IMG/VR virus record: IMGVR_UViG_3300028115_000004
Coordinates: 1-64,000 of that record
DNA length: 64,000 nucleotides
Origin: a virus
Direction: 5' to 3' (one strand)
Shown here: in pieces, positions 8,475 through 17,881 of the stretch
Position numbering within the stretch: the first letter of the stretch is position 1
How the letters are laid out: the number at the start of each line of letters is the position of its first letter
Program-made: the position numbers and the translations under genes
The notes under the pieces: generated by a model
Seen by the model: the letters and a program-made list of their open reading frames with translations, nothing else
What the model was told of the DNA's origin: nothing
The model's database searches: none

Positions 8475-8834
8475 ATGGCGACTTACGAAGAACTACTCAT
8501 AGATCAAGGCGCAGACGTTGCGATTGAGATCGAACTGGTTGAACAGGACGGGTCTAAGAAAGACCTGACTGGATTTTCTGCTGCCGCAAAAATGAAAAGA
8601 AGTTTCAACTCCACGGACAGTGATGAGATCGTAGATTTCACCGCTGTCATTGGCGATCCTGCTGCGGCCGGAGTTGTTGTCCTCTCCCTCACAAACACCC
8701 AAACCGATGCGCTGAATACTCGTGGAAGATATTTTTATGATGCAGAGATTTCTTTCCAAGACTCCGATGGTAATACTATTATCGAAAGAGTACTGGAAGG
8801 CAAAGTAAAAGTATCACCTTCTGTGACAAGGTAA
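8475..8834 (+). CDS. Small Ig-like virion structural protein (BppU-N-like)
   Basis: IDQGAD...DLTGFSAAAKMK...LSLTNTQT..L..GRYFYD.E...RVLEG.V.VSPSVTR pattern common in marine T4-like phages; late promoter upstream. Confidence 0.65.
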   Translation: MATYEELLIDQGADVAIEIELVEQDGSKKDLTGFSAAAKMKRSFNSTDSDEIVDFTAVIGDPAAAGVVVLSLTNTQTDALNTRGRYFYDAEISFQDSDGNTIIERVLEGKVKVSPSVTR

Positions 8835-8838
8835 ACAG

Positions 8839-9183
8839 ATGGCCATTCAAGTACAGAACGTATCACAGAAGCGGGTCTCAATTGTAAAACGTGTTACGGT
8901 TGGTAAACCTGTACGCAAGATTAATCCTGCCACAACGTCTATTGACAATTTGGCGGGAGTTGATACGTCCACAAAAGAGAATGGATATATTCTTGTTTAC
9001 AACTCTTCTACTGAAAAGTGGGAAGCCGTTGATAACCAAGCAGCTACCAATCTTGGTGGTATTAATGATGTTGAAGTGAGCACACGTGTGGATGGAAGTA
9101 TTCTCGTTTATAATGAAACTACTGAACAATGGGAATCAAAAATAGAACTAGAGAAACAAACAATTAACGGAGGCCAATACTGA
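8839..9183 (+). CDS. Small virion protein with two fibre-type repeats
   Basis: Two copies of L....DV......G.ILVYN..TE.WE; C-terminal INGGQY. Confidence 0.6.
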   Translation: MAIQVQNVSQKRVSIVKRVTVGKPVRKINPATTSIDNLAGVDTSTKENGYILVYNSSTEKWEAVDNQAATNLGGINDVEVSTRVDGSILVYNETTEQWESKIELEKQTINGGQY

Positions 9184-11195
9184 TGGCATCAATTATTAGA
9201 ATCAAACGAAGTGGGGTATCGGGCAATCCCACAACGCTAGCTCAGGGCGAGTTAGCGTATTCCTATTATAATGGTGCCGGCGGCGACAGACTCTACGTAG
9301 GTACTGGAATAGAAACCGCAGGAGATGCGGTAAATCATACAGTAATCGGTGGTAAATATTACGTCGATCTGTTGGGAGGACAGGGTGTTGCCCCATTCGG
9401 TACACTCACTGCAAACACCGCCCTAATTGCAGACTCCAACTCTAAGTTAGATCACTTAATCGTAGATAATATTGACCTGAATGGCAATACGATTTCCTCA
9501 ACAACTGCCAGTTTGGTACTCGCCCCGTCCAACGGAGTAGTTTCGGTTAATGGTTCTCGTATTGCGACTGTTGCAACGCCCATTGCAGACAGTGATGCGG
9601 TCAACAAACTCTACGTCGATACTCAGATTAGTAATGTAACATTTACTATTTCGGATGATGCGGCTGACTCGGACGAATTCTCTTCCGTTTCTGGTACTCT
9701 TAGATTTGCTGGTGGTACTGGTCTTACTTCTACAGTAACAGACGATACCGTAACATATGACATTGATGCAACTGGTGTGGCTGCAGGAACCTATGGTTCT
9801 ACAACTCAGATTCCGGTCTTCACGGTAAATGCACAAGGTCAACTTGATAGTGCGGGAACTGTACCTGTCGCAACAACTCTGACAATAAACTCCAGTCCTA
9901 TCAGCATCCTCGACTCGGATATCACCTTTGCAGCCACTGGTAACATCACTCTTGATGTCAATGAAGACACCAATACATTTACATTCAACCTAAGAAATGC
10001 AAGTACAGACAGTCATGGTGCTGCGTACTTCGAAGCCGATGACTTTGATGTTGTCTCTGGTTTCGTATCTTTGGAAGACACTGTTGTCAAAGGTGTAACT
10101 GCTGACACAGGAAGTGCAACTCCCGCTACTCATGACTTTACCATTGCGGGTACTTCGGCACAAGGGATCAATACTTCCGGTTCTGGTTCTACAATCACAA
10201 TCACCGCTGCAGACGCTGACTCTGATCAAAAGGGTGTTGCATCGTTCCGATCTGGTGACTTTGTTGCGACATCTGGTGATATCGAACTTGTGGACGAGGT
10301 ACTCAAGTCTCTACAGACAGACGATGGTACTGTAACACCTACTGGGCATTCTATCGCCATCTTCGGTGGAGAGGGAATCAATGTAACCCACTCCGGTGCG
10401 GTTATTACGGTTGCTGGTGAAGACGCTGATTCTGATAACAAGGGTGTTGCATCGTTTAACTCAAACGATTTCACAGTAACTAACGGTGATGTTGTTATTG
10501 CATCTGGTGGTGTGGATAACGCACAACTTGCCAATTCTACTGTAGTTGTCGGTAGCACAACCGTAAACCTTGGTGACACAATCACCGATGTTGTTGGTCT
10601 TACTTCTCTTGAAGTTGATAATATTCAGATCGACGGTAACACAATTAGTACTACCGATGTTAACGGCATCATGTATATTGATCCGAACCCTGTTGGGGAT
10701 TCGGGTGATTTGGTTATCCTTGGTAACCTCACGGTTCAGGGAACCACAACCACGATCAACTCGACTGAGTTGTCGGTCAATGATCTCAACATCACTCTTG
10801 CGGACAGTGCTGCAAATGCGGCCGCTGCAGATGGTGCGGGTATCACGGTTGCGGGTGCAAATGCGACTATCACATATGCAGCTGCTGGTGACGAATGGCA
10901 ATTTAACAAACCCCTCGACGTTACAGGTGCGATCACTGCATCGGGTAATGTTGAAGCAGGTTCTCTCACAATCAACGGTGTCACATTTGAACAACTGGTT
11001 GATAGTGAGGTTGCAAACCTTCTTACTGCGGGTGAGGGTATTGACCTCACATACAATGACGGTTCAAATGAACTGACCATTGCCGCAGAACTCGCCACGG
11101 TAACTAACCCTGGCGTGGCCTCCTTCGATTCGGATCAATTCACTGTAACATCTGGTGCGGTGACTGTATCTGAACTTGATGGTGGAACATACTAA
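9183..11195 (+). CDS. Tail fibre/virion structural protein (670 aa)
   Basis: N-terminal IIRIKRS...LAQGELAY (Mtd-N-like anchor), repeated GVASF.S.DF.V..G.V units, GNLTVQGTTTTINST motif, C-terminal DGGTY. Confidence 0.75.
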   Translation: MASIIRIKRSGVSGNPTTLAQGELAYSYYNGAGGDRLYVGTGIETAGDAVNHTVIGGKYYVDLLGGQGVAPFGTLTANTALIADSNSKLDHLIVDNIDLNGNTISSTTASLVLAPSNGVVSVNGSRIATVATPIADSDAVNKLYVDTQISNVTFTISDDAADSDEFSSVSGTLRFAGGTGLTSTVTDDTVTYDIDATGVAAGTYGSTTQIPVFTVNAQGQLDSAGTVPVATTLTINSSPISILDSDITFAATGNITLDVNEDTNTFTFNLRNASTDSHGAAYFEADDFDVVSGFVSLEDTVVKGVTADTGSATPATHDFTIAGTSAQGINTSGSGSTITITAADADSDQKGVASFRSGDFVATSGDIELVDEVLKSLQTDDGTVTPTGHSIAIFGGEGINVTHSGAVITVAGEDADSDNKGVASFNSNDFTVTNGDVVIASGGVDNAQLANSTVVVGSTTVNLGDTITDVVGLTSLEVDNIQIDGNTISTTDVNGIMYIDPNPVGDSGDLVILGNLTVQGTTTTINSTELSVNDLNITLADSAANAAAADGAGITVAGANATITYAAAGDEWQFNKPLDVTGAITASGNVEAGSLTINGVTFEQLVDSEVANLLTAGEGIDLTYNDGSNELTIAAELATVTNPGVASFDSDQFTVTSGAVTVSELDGGTY

Positions 11196-11208
11196 AATAA
11201 GTATTGAA

Positions 11209-11263
11209 GTCCCTCGAAAGGGGGACAACCCTTATATAAGGGTGTAATTAATCCAATATTGGA
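11209..11263 (+). promoter_or_regulatory. Three consecutive intergenic inverted repeats
   Basis: gtccctc-gaaa-gggggac 11209-11226; acccttatataagggt 11228-11243; tccaatattgga 11252-11263. Confidence 0.5.
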
Positions 11264-11277
11264 CTAGAGGATGACAA

Positions 11278-12645
11278 ATGTCAAACACATTATTTCGGCT
11301 TAAAAGAAGTTCTGTAGCCGGAAAGATACCGACAGTTGACCAACTAGAACTTGGTGAAGTTGCGATCAACACTTATGATGGACTTATGTTCATCAAAAAG
11401 AATGTTGACGGTACGGAATCGATTGTACAGATTGGTGAAGACACTGTAGAAGCTGCGGGATACGACGAATATTATTTCAGCGCAGACAGTGGCCAGACGG
11501 TATTTACCGGAAACGATTTTGACGGGGACACATTAGGATATTCCCCTGTACGTAGTAATGTCTATCTGAATGGTATTCTACTTGATTCAGACAAGGACTA
11601 TACTGGAACTGACGGATCGACAATAACACTTACCACGGGTGCGGACTCGGGTGACGTTATTCAGGTTCAGGCCTACACTTCCTCTCTCCAAATTGCGGAA
11701 TACAATTACACCTGTAGTGCAGCACAAACAACGTTTAGTGGTCTTGACGACAACAACAGATCACTTAACTATGCTGTGGATTATCTTGAAATATATCTGA
11801 ACGGTGTACTTCTTGATCCTAAAGTTGACTACACTGCGACTAGTGGGTCATCGGTTGTACTGACAGTACCCGCTGCCCTTAACGACTTTGTACAAATTTT
11901 CGTACTGCCTGAATTTAAGGCAGCTGCAACAAACTATCAAGCGTATCATTTTAGTTTCGTAGATAGTGGTGGTAAGACACAACTCGTTGGAAACGACAGT
12001 GACGAAAACCTACTCACATATTCTGTAGGTTCGTTAAAAGTATTCAACAACGGTGTATTGATGAGTCCGGATACGGACTACTCTGCCATCGACGGTGTTA
12101 GTGTTAACTTTACGGCTGGTCTGGATTCTTCTGATAAAGTAGAGATTCAGGCATACGCACAGAGTGCGGAAAGACCTTCTTACGAAGACGTGAAGGTCAC
12201 TGCAGGTATTTACGTTGGAGGAACTTCTAACGAATACCTGATCAAAGAATATAGAAACACTACCTTCACTCCCGTTATCGAAGGAACAACGACTGCGGGA
12301 ACTGCGACATATAGTGCACAGGTAGGTAGATATACAAGAATGGGTAACGTTGTCAACTTTACCCTACAACTCGTATGGAGTGGACATACGGGTACAGGTG
12401 ATTTGATTGTTACGGGACTTCCCGTGGCTTCTCTTGATGAGACTGGATTGGAGTATACTTTCTCAGTATCCTCAAACGGTCAATTGACTTATACAGATGG
12501 TGACACCTTATTGTCTAGAATGGAAAAGAATTCCACACAAATTATTCTTCAGACAGAAGATGGGGCAGGGAACTATACTGCTGTTGGAATGGCGTCAAAT
12601 AGTTCTGGTAGAGTTTTGATTACTGGTCAATACTTCATTGCCTAA
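11278..12645 (+). CDS. Fibre/baseplate-associated structural protein (455 aa) with three Ig-like repeats
   Basis: Mtd-N-like start (FRLKRSSVAGKIP..DQLELGEVAINTYDG); three repeats of Y.F.A..GQT.F.G.D...L.Y....VYLNG.LL...DY..... Confidence 0.7.
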   Translation: MSNTLFRLKRSSVAGKIPTVDQLELGEVAINTYDGLMFIKKNVDGTESIVQIGEDTVEAAGYDEYYFSADSGQTVFTGNDFDGDTLGYSPVRSNVYLNGILLDSDKDYTGTDGSTITLTTGADSGDVIQVQAYTSSLQIAEYNYTCSAAQTTFSGLDDNNRSLNYAVDYLEIYLNGVLLDPKVDYTATSGSSVVLTVPAALNDFVQIFVLPEFKAAATNYQAYHFSFVDSGGKTQLVGNDSDENLLTYSVGSLKVFNNGVLMSPDTDYSAIDGVSVNFTAGLDSSDKVEIQAYAQSAERPSYEDVKVTAGIYVGGTSNEYLIKEYRNTTFTPVIEGTTTAGTATYSAQVGRYTRMGNVVNFTLQLVWSGHTGTGDLIVTGLPVASLDETGLEYTFSVSSNGQLTYTDGDTLLSRMEKNSTQIILQTEDGAGNYTAVGMASNSSGRVLITGQYFIA

Positions 12646-12649
12646 ATTG

Positions 12650-12657
12650 TATAAATA
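12650..12657 (+). promoter_or_regulatory. T4 late promoter TATAAATA
   Basis: Exact consensus upstream of ATG 12707. Confidence 0.85.
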
Positions 12658-12706
12658 AGAGAGAACACGCTTGGCGTGAAAACGAGGAAAATAAAGGGAA
12701 CGTCTA

Positions 12707-15700
12707 ATGGCACAATCAAAAGCTAGATATCTGTCCAGTCTGTTGACAGCTTCTGGTTTCGTAAGAGACGATAGGTCACAATTAGCAGGTTCGGATGGTT
12801 TACTTGATTCACCGTCATTGCCTGCTATCTCCAACGCTATGTTGGTGCATACGGGTATCACAATTAATGATTATACCGTATCTTTGGGTGACAGTCAAGA
12901 CCTTACGACCGGAGACATCGCAGAACACGTAAATCTGTATTACACTACCGCACGGGCGGATAGTGATGCAAAGAATGCGATCAGTGGTGGCACTGGTCTC
13001 ACATATAACTCCACAACTGGTGTTATCGATATTACCAATACCGGAGTGGCCTCTGGTACGTATGGCAGTGCATCTCAAGTTCCCGTTTTCACTGTTAACG
13101 CACAAGGTCAGATCGATAGTATTGGTGTTGTAAATGTTGCCGGTGTAGACTCTTTTGGGTATAATAACGGTACAGGTGAGATGTCCATCGCCACTGCGGA
13201 TGGTGGTAACTTCACTGCAACCATAACTCTTAACCCCTTCACGTCTACTGATCTTGTTGAAGGTACAAACCTATACTACACGCAAAACAGAGTCGATTCC
13301 TCGTTCGACGCACGTCTTGCTACGAAAACAACAGACAATGTAACAGAAGGTACAAACAACCTTTACTGGACAAATGCACGATTTGACAGTTCTCTTGCGG
13401 GTGCATCTACAACTGATTTGAGTGAGGGCGAAAACCTCTATTACACTCAGGTAAGATTCGACTCTGCATTTGGTGATAAGACTACGGACGGTCTGACAGA
13501 AGGTTCTACTAATCGGTACTTTACAACTGCAAGAGTTCGTTCTTCTATCAGTGCAAGTGGAGACATCAATTACGACTCCGCTACGGGTGTAATCTCACTC
13601 ACAGTTGAGAACGTCTACAACAAGGCAAGTTTCGATTCCGACTTTAATGTCGCAATGGACTCTGCAACGACAAGTGATCTTGCAGAAGGATCAAACCTTT
13701 ATTACACGGACACACGTGCACGTAACGCCATTGGTCTTCAGGATCAAGGTGGTGACGGATCGTTAACATACGACTCTGCATCTGGTAGATTCTCGTACAC
13801 AGGCCCCTCTGCGACAGAGGCAAGGGCACACTTCTCTGCCGGTACTGGACTAACATTCAATTCTGGTGAGTTCTCTATTACAAACACAGGAGTCGCCGCA
13901 GGAACATACGGTTCTGCATCTCTGGTTCCTGTTGTTACCATCAATGCACAGGGTCAAGTAGACTCCATCGGAACAGTAAGTGTTGCGGGTGTCTCTAGTA
14001 TCAACTTTGACTCTGCGAATGGTAACTTCACGATTAACACCGCTGATGGTGGTGTATACGTTGAGACCATTACACTTGATCCTTACACAACGACAGACCT
14101 CACAGAAGGTACTAACCTTTACTATACACAAGCAAGGTTTGATACTGCATTTACTGGTAAGTCAACTACTGACCTTTCTGAAGGTAACAACTTATACTAC
14201 ACCACAGCACGTGCGGATAGTGATGCGAAAAACGCCATCTCCGTTGCTGATTCTGGTGGTGATGGTTCGTTGTCCTATAATGCAGGCACAGGTACAATCA
14301 CGTATACAGGGCCTTCTGCAACTGAAGTCCGTGCTCACTTCTCGGGTGGTACGGGTGTCACAATCACAAATGGCGTGGTTGCTGTTGGACAGTCAGTAGG
14401 TACAACCGATGACGTAACATTCGGTAAGGTCACTGCGGACTCTGCGGTTCTTGATGGTATCAACTTTAATGTTCTAACATCAAGACATTCAAATGCTGCT
14501 GGAACATTGTATTTTGACTCTGATCACCAAAAGGGTCTATCACTTGTTCTTGATACACAGAACAATCCAAACCCTGACGTAACTCTTAATATTGGACAAG
14601 AGATATTCCTCTATGTCCATAACTTAACTGGTGCTCAGATTGACAATGGTGATGCGGTATATATTTCGGGAACTGCACACGGTAAACACCCCCAAGTATC
14701 TCTTGCACGTGCAAATGCTTCTGCAACAGGACAACCTAGTGGTCTTGCGACTATGGACATTCCTGATGGTGCTCACGGTTGGGTAACAAGATACGGTATT
14801 GTCCGTGATGTAAACACTGGTAGTTTTGCTGCTGGTTCTACACTATATCTTTCCGCTGATTCCGCAGGTAAGTGGACATCAACCGAAGTTACTGTAGATA
14901 CTGGATATCCTTTCCATATTGGTCAGGTTCTGACTTCTGACTCTAGTGTTGGTACAATCCTTGTAGACGGATTCAGTGAACACTACGAATATCTACGTAT
15001 TGAAGATAGATTAAAAGTCTCAGGTAGACTTGAAGCTGACTCTGCGTCACTTCTGAATGTTCAATTTAATACTACACTGTTTGATTCACATCAACCGTAT
15101 AGTGAAGGTCTATTATACTACGATAACAAACATAAGACTCTAAACTATAATGATGATATCACTGGTATGGTTCACGAGGTTGGTACTCAAGAACACCAAC
15201 GTGTATTCAACAATACGGGTTCTTTGATCAGAAAAGGACAACCGTTATATTTCAGTGGTAACTATACATCCGGAAATCTTAATGTTCCGACTGTCGATCT
15301 CGCTGATGCGACAGATGTAAACGCTTATAACGCACAGGGTATTGCTGCACAGGACATTGCAGATAACTCCTACGGACACTGTTTGATCTCTGGACAACTT
15401 ACTAATGTAAACACATCCGGTCTATCAGATGGATCAAACTTCTTCGTGGGTCTTGGGCCTGGATTGACTCAAAACTCATCTCCGGTTTACCCCAACTTCC
15501 CAATGTGTTTGGGTTGGGTTGTGCAGTCTGGTGACTCTGACACTGGTATCCTGTTGGTCAATCAACAGAACCACTCTGTTAACAGTTTCCGTGTAACATC
15601 TTCTGCACACATTGGTACAAACCTACAGGTTGACGGTAACCTTACAGTATTGGGTTCTCAGACCACAGTAGGTACGTCTAACGTAACTCAGGGTGCACCT

Positions 15701-17101
15701 TTCTATCGTCTCAACGAAGGTGATGCGATTGGTGAGGCCAACACAGTATTTACAGGAACGGGTCTTGATGACGCATTCTTCGCTGGTCACTTCACTGGTA
15801 CTACTGCACAGACTTACTATGTCCGAATCGACGGTGTAGGAACTGGGCCTGGCGGTGTTGACACCTTTGAGGTTGCACTTAGTGACGATAGTGCGTTTGC
15901 ATCTCCGGTACTCACTAAAGAACCGATCACGGGTGAAGAGCAACTTATCCACTCTACCGATAATATTTCGGTTGACTTTGGTGCAACTACGGGTCACGAT
16001 AGTGGTGACAGATGGTCTGGTACTGCTGCTCCTGTAAACATTGACACTGGTTTCTTCACAAACCGAAACACTGGTACAAGTGGTGTTGGTTATACTCATA
16101 TGGGTATATTCTTCGATGTCACCGATGAGAAGTGGAAACTTCTTGATGCATATGACTCGACGCCCACTGGTTCAATCAACATGGCAGATTCTTCTGTCAG
16201 TCTCGCAACTTTGGTGGCGGGTGCGTTTGAGGGTAACTTAACTGGTGACTTAACAGGTAATGCGGATACCGCAACAGCCCTTGCAAATGGTAGAAACTTC
16301 TCTATCACGGGTGATGTGATCGCAAACGTTATCTCGTTCGATGGTACGGGTAACGTTGCACTTTCTGCTGCAATTGCTGCGGGATCGATTGTCAACGCAG
16401 ACATCAACGCAACAGCAAACATTACAGACACCAAACTCGCAACGATCTCGACTGCGGGTAAAGTACAGAACTCTGCAACGACTGCAACCGATGCGAACAC
16501 AGGTTCTACAATTGTCGAAAGGGATGCATCTGGTAACTTCGCTGCGGGTACGATTACTGCTGCTCTAACGGGTAACGTAACTGGTAATGTGACAGGTGAT
16601 GTGACAGGTGATGTCACAGGTACAGTTAGCAGCATTGCCAACCACAGTACGACTGACCTTAGTGAAGGTACTAATCTCTACTACACAACTTCACGTGCAG
16701 ACAGTGACTTTGATATCAGACTTGCAATCAAGTCTACAACAAATCTGTCTGAAGGTTCGAACCTGTATTACACTACTGCGAGAGTAAATACTGACTTTGA
16801 CACTAGACTTGCAACTAAGTCTACCACAAACTTGAGTGAAGGTACTAACCTTTACTACACAACTGCACGTGCGGACTCCGATGCGAAGAATGCAATCAGT
16901 GTAAGTGGTGACCTTGGTTACAATGCTGGAACGGGTGTGATCTCCTTTAGTGAGACATACTCGACTGCAACCGAACTGTTGACTGCAATCAAGACTGTGG
17001 ATGGTGCAACCTCTGGATTGGATGCTGACCTCCTTGACGGTCAACACGGTTCTTACTACAGAATCAACGTGTACAACTCTGCGGGCGTCTTGCAGAACTA
17101 A
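12707..17101 (+). CDS. Long tail fibre-like protein (1464 aa)
   Basis: About 11 copies of T[DN]LSEGxNLYYTxAR, GNVTGDVTG tracts, C-terminal SGLDADLLDGQHGSYY; T/S/G-rich. Confidence 0.8.
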   Translation: MAQSKARYLSSLLTASGFVRDDRSQLAGSDGLLDSPSLPAISNAMLVHTGITINDYTVSLGDSQDLTTGDIAEHVNLYYTTARADSDAKNAISGGTGLTYNSTTGVIDITNTGVASGTYGSASQVPVFTVNAQGQIDSIGVVNVAGVDSFGYNNGTGEMSIATADGGNFTATITLNPFTSTDLVEGTNLYYTQNRVDSSFDARLATKTTDNVTEGTNNLYWTNARFDSSLAGASTTDLSEGENLYYTQVRFDSAFGDKTTDGLTEGSTNRYFTTARVRSSISASGDINYDSATGVISLTVENVYNKASFDSDFNVAMDSATTSDLAEGSNLYYTDTRARNAIGLQDQGGDGSLTYDSASGRFSYTGPSATEARAHFSAGTGLTFNSGEFSITNTGVAAGTYGSASLVPVVTINAQGQVDSIGTVSVAGVSSINFDSANGNFTINTADGGVYVETITLDPYTTTDLTEGTNLYYTQARFDTAFTGKSTTDLSEGNNLYYTTARADSDAKNAISVADSGGDGSLSYNAGTGTITYTGPSATEVRAHFSGGTGVTITNGVVAVGQSVGTTDDVTFGKVTADSAVLDGINFNVLTSRHSNAAGTLYFDSDHQKGLSLVLDTQNNPNPDVTLNIGQEIFLYVHNLTGAQIDNGDAVYISGTAHGKHPQVSLARANASATGQPSGLATMDIPDGAHGWVTRYGIVRDVNTGSFAAGSTLYLSADSAGKWTSTEVTVDTGYPFHIGQVLTSDSSVGTILVDGFSEHYEYLRIEDRLKVSGRLEADSASLLNVQFNTTLFDSHQPYSEGLLYYDNKHKTLNYNDDITGMVHEVGTQEHQRVFNNTGSLIRKGQPLYFSGNYTSGNLNVPTVDLADATDVNAYNAQGIAAQDIADNSYGHCLISGQLTNVNTSGLSDGSNFFVGLGPGLTQNSSPVYPNFPMCLGWVVQSGDSDTGILLVNQQNHSVNSFRVTSSAHIGTNLQVDGNLTVLGSQTTVGTSNVTQGAPFYRLNEGDAIGEANTVFTGTGLDDAFFAGHFTGTTAQTYYVRIDGVGTGPGGVDTFEVALSDDSAFASPVLTKEPITGEEQLIHSTDNISVDFGATTGHDSGDRWSGTAAPVNIDTGFFTNRNTGTSGVGYTHMGIFFDVTDEKWKLLDAYDSTPTGSINMADSSVSLATLVAGAFEGNLTGDLTGNADTATALANGRNFSITGDVIANVISFDGTGNVALSAAIAAGSIVNADINATANITDTKLATISTAGKVQNSATTATDANTGSTIVERDASGNFAAGTITAALTGNVTGNVTGDVTGDVTGTVSSIANHSTTDLSEGTNLYYTTSRADSDFDIRLAIKSTTNLSEGSNLYYTTARVNTDFDTRLATKSTTNLSEGTNLYYTTARADSDAKNAISVSGDLGYNAGTGVISFSETYSTATELLTAIKTVDGATSGLDADLLDGQHGSYYRINVYNSAGVLQN

Positions 17102-17113
17102 AGGATAGGATAG

Positions 17114-17875
17114 ATGGCGATACCTAACACTAGAGATGAGTTTACAGACTACTGCTTACGTCGATTGGGACATCCGGTTATTGAAATTAATATTGATGAA
17201 GAACAACTGGAAGACAACATCGATGAGGCTCTGCAGTGGTTTCGTGAACACCATCCTGACGGATCACGTAGGTTTTACATCTCCCATCAATTATCAGCGG
17301 ATGATATATCGAACGGATATATCGATTTAGGTAACACGGATGTTACCACCGTTGTCCGCATGTTTCCGATCAACACTATATCGCAAACAACTAACTTCTT
17401 TGACATCAAATATCAAATGATGTTGAACGATATCACTGACCTAAATAACTACGCTGGTGATATTGCATATTACGAACAGATGCAACAACATCTCTCTTTG
17501 CTTGATATGAAACTAACAGGTATTCCTGAGATCACGTTTTCAAGACAAGAGAATCGTCTCTACTTCTATCTCAGTAATGAGAAGACAAGTGCGGGAGACT
17601 ATGTTGTCATTGAAGTGTATGGTATTAGAACTCCCACTTCTTCTGGTGCGGATTACAACTCACTCTGGAACCATGCGTTCCTAAAAGAGTATTGTACTGC
17701 CCTGATTAAGAAACAGTGGGGAACTAACCTACTCAAGTTTGATGGTATGCAACTTCCTGGCGGGGTGACGATCAATGGTAGACAAATCTATGAAGATGCC
17801 CAAACTGATCTTGAAAAGTTAATGCAGAAGTTTAGGGAAGAAGAGGATGTTGGGCCTGTCTTCTTCATAGGGTGA
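17114..17875 (+). CDS. gp13: Neck protein gp13
   Basis: YCLRRLGHPVIEINID...ALIKKQWGTNLLKFDGMQLPGGVTING; synteny. Confidence 0.93.
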   Translation: MAIPNTRDEFTDYCLRRLGHPVIEINIDEEQLEDNIDEALQWFREHHPDGSRRFYISHQLSADDISNGYIDLGNTDVTTVVRMFPINTISQTTNFFDIKYQMMLNDITDLNNYAGDIAYYEQMQQHLSLLDMKLTGIPEITFSRQENRLYFYLSNEKTSAGDYVVIEVYGIRTPTSSGADYNSLWNHAFLKEYCTALIKKQWGTNLLKFDGMQLPGGVTINGRQIYEDAQTDLEKLMQKFREEEDVGPVFFIG

Positions 17876-17881
17876 TAGACA

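Noticed and set aside
9183-12645. Diversity-generating retroelement suggested by Mtd-N-like domains
   Set aside because: No reverse transcriptase and no TR/VR pair differing at adenines were seen in the window; the N-domain is a common fibre anchor.
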